The notes under the pieces are model-generated. The model was not told where the DNA came from. It worked only from the letters and a program-made list of their open reading frames with translations, and ran no database searches. A DNA stretch of 25,559 nt from a virus. Taxonomy: Duplodnaviria; Caudoviricetes. The stretch is taken from the IMG/VR virus record IMGVR_UViG_3300032221_000131, positions 1 to 25,559 of that record. One strand, written 5' to 3'. Positions 24,828 through 25,559 of the stretch are shown here, one piece after another; positions within the stretch are counted from its first letter, which is position 1; every line of letters begins with the position of its first letter. Both the position numbers and the translations under genes were made by a program.

Positions 24828-25559
24828 TTAAACTTCTAAAGATACTTTATATATTTTGTATTCAAACTTTTCTTCATTGTATGTTTTGATTCTCTCCATA
24901 AAATGGAGTAACGTATAATTCTTTTTACCTTTCCAAGACATATCATCTGAAATATCATAAAGAGTTGAACTTGATTTAGTTTCAGACTTTCTTAATCCTC
25001 TTCCGATTGATTGAAGATTCCTAATACGAGACTTCGAAGGTGAGGCAAATATAATATTGTGAAGGTTTCGTATATTAACACCAGTGGAAAAAGTACCAAA
25101 ACTAGCAACGATAATAGCATTACTCTCGTCTTCGACAATTTTACGAATTCCTTCGCGATCTTCGCCACTAACTTCGCCAGAGACAAAAAATACGTTACGT
25201 GATTCGCCAGCTTCTTTTGTAAGGTTATTAAATAATTCTTTACCATGTTTCTCTACATATTGAAATAACAATAAAGTATTACCTTCTAAAGATAATGCTA
25301 AATTTCTAATAAATTTATTTCTAGCTTCTAATCTAACAAGATAATCCATTTCTGATTGATAATCTGTTGAACGAGCAATCATTTTTCTAACTTCATCTGG
25401 ATACGAAAGAACGATTGCCTTAATTTTAAAATCAGCCAAATGTTTTTTATCAATTAATTCAGAAGTTGTTGTTACTTTTCTGACTGGTCCGAATAACCCT
25501 TCAAGAACGAGCTTGTGGGTTTGGGTACCATCCAATGTTCCGGTAAATCCAAAACGGTA
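24828..25559 (-). CDS. uvsW: UvsW SF2 helicase, C-terminal part (continues beyond the window)
   Basis: RFGFTGT, LEGLFG, ASFGTFSTGVNI, SPSKS.IRNLQSIGRGLR, LYDISDD. Confidence 0.95.
   Translation of the reverse strand, partial: YRFGFTGTLDGTQTHKLVLEGLFGPVRKVTTTSELIDKKHLADFKIKAIVLSYPDEVRKMIARSTDYQSEMDYLVRLEARNKFIRNLALSLEGNTLLLFQYVEKHGKELFNNLTKEAGESRNVFFVSGEVSGEDREGIRKIVEDESNAIIVASFGTFSTGVNIRNLHNIIFASPSKSRIRNLQSIGRGLRKSETKSSSTLYDISDDMSWKGKKNYTLLHFMERIKTYNEEKFEYKIYKVSLEV

Overview
This is a 25.6 kb AT-rich segment of a T4-like (Tevenvirinae-type core) myophage genome. The right two-thirds (- strand) carries the replication/late-transcription core: uvsW (partial), gp55, gp47, gp46, gp45, gp44, gp62 and regA. 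Embedded in that core is a DNA base-hypermodification-type cluster: MazG-like NTP-PPase, TET/JBP-like 2OG-Fe(II) dioxygenase, divergent SAM-methyltransferase-like ORF, aGPT-Pplase/amino-acid:DNA transferase, P-loop kinase, DUF3310-like and GT-A glycosyltransferase. Three consecutive enzymes of this cluster end in gp45 clamp-binding-like peptides. The left end (+ strand) carries phoH followed by a PlcP-like phosphoesterase and an Agt-like GT4 glycosyltransferase, resembling a bacterial phosphate-starvation lipid-remodelling cassette; the GT4 gene has an in-frame TAA. Other elements are three tRNAs (Gly, Thr, Asn) interleaved with cargo genes, a GIY-YIG homing endonuclease that appears to have replaced the 3' end of gp62, an internally deleted deaminase remnant, sigma70-like and T4 late promoters, and an RBS-occluding hairpin around a late promoter. 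All family calls come from motif recognition by eye; no database search was run.
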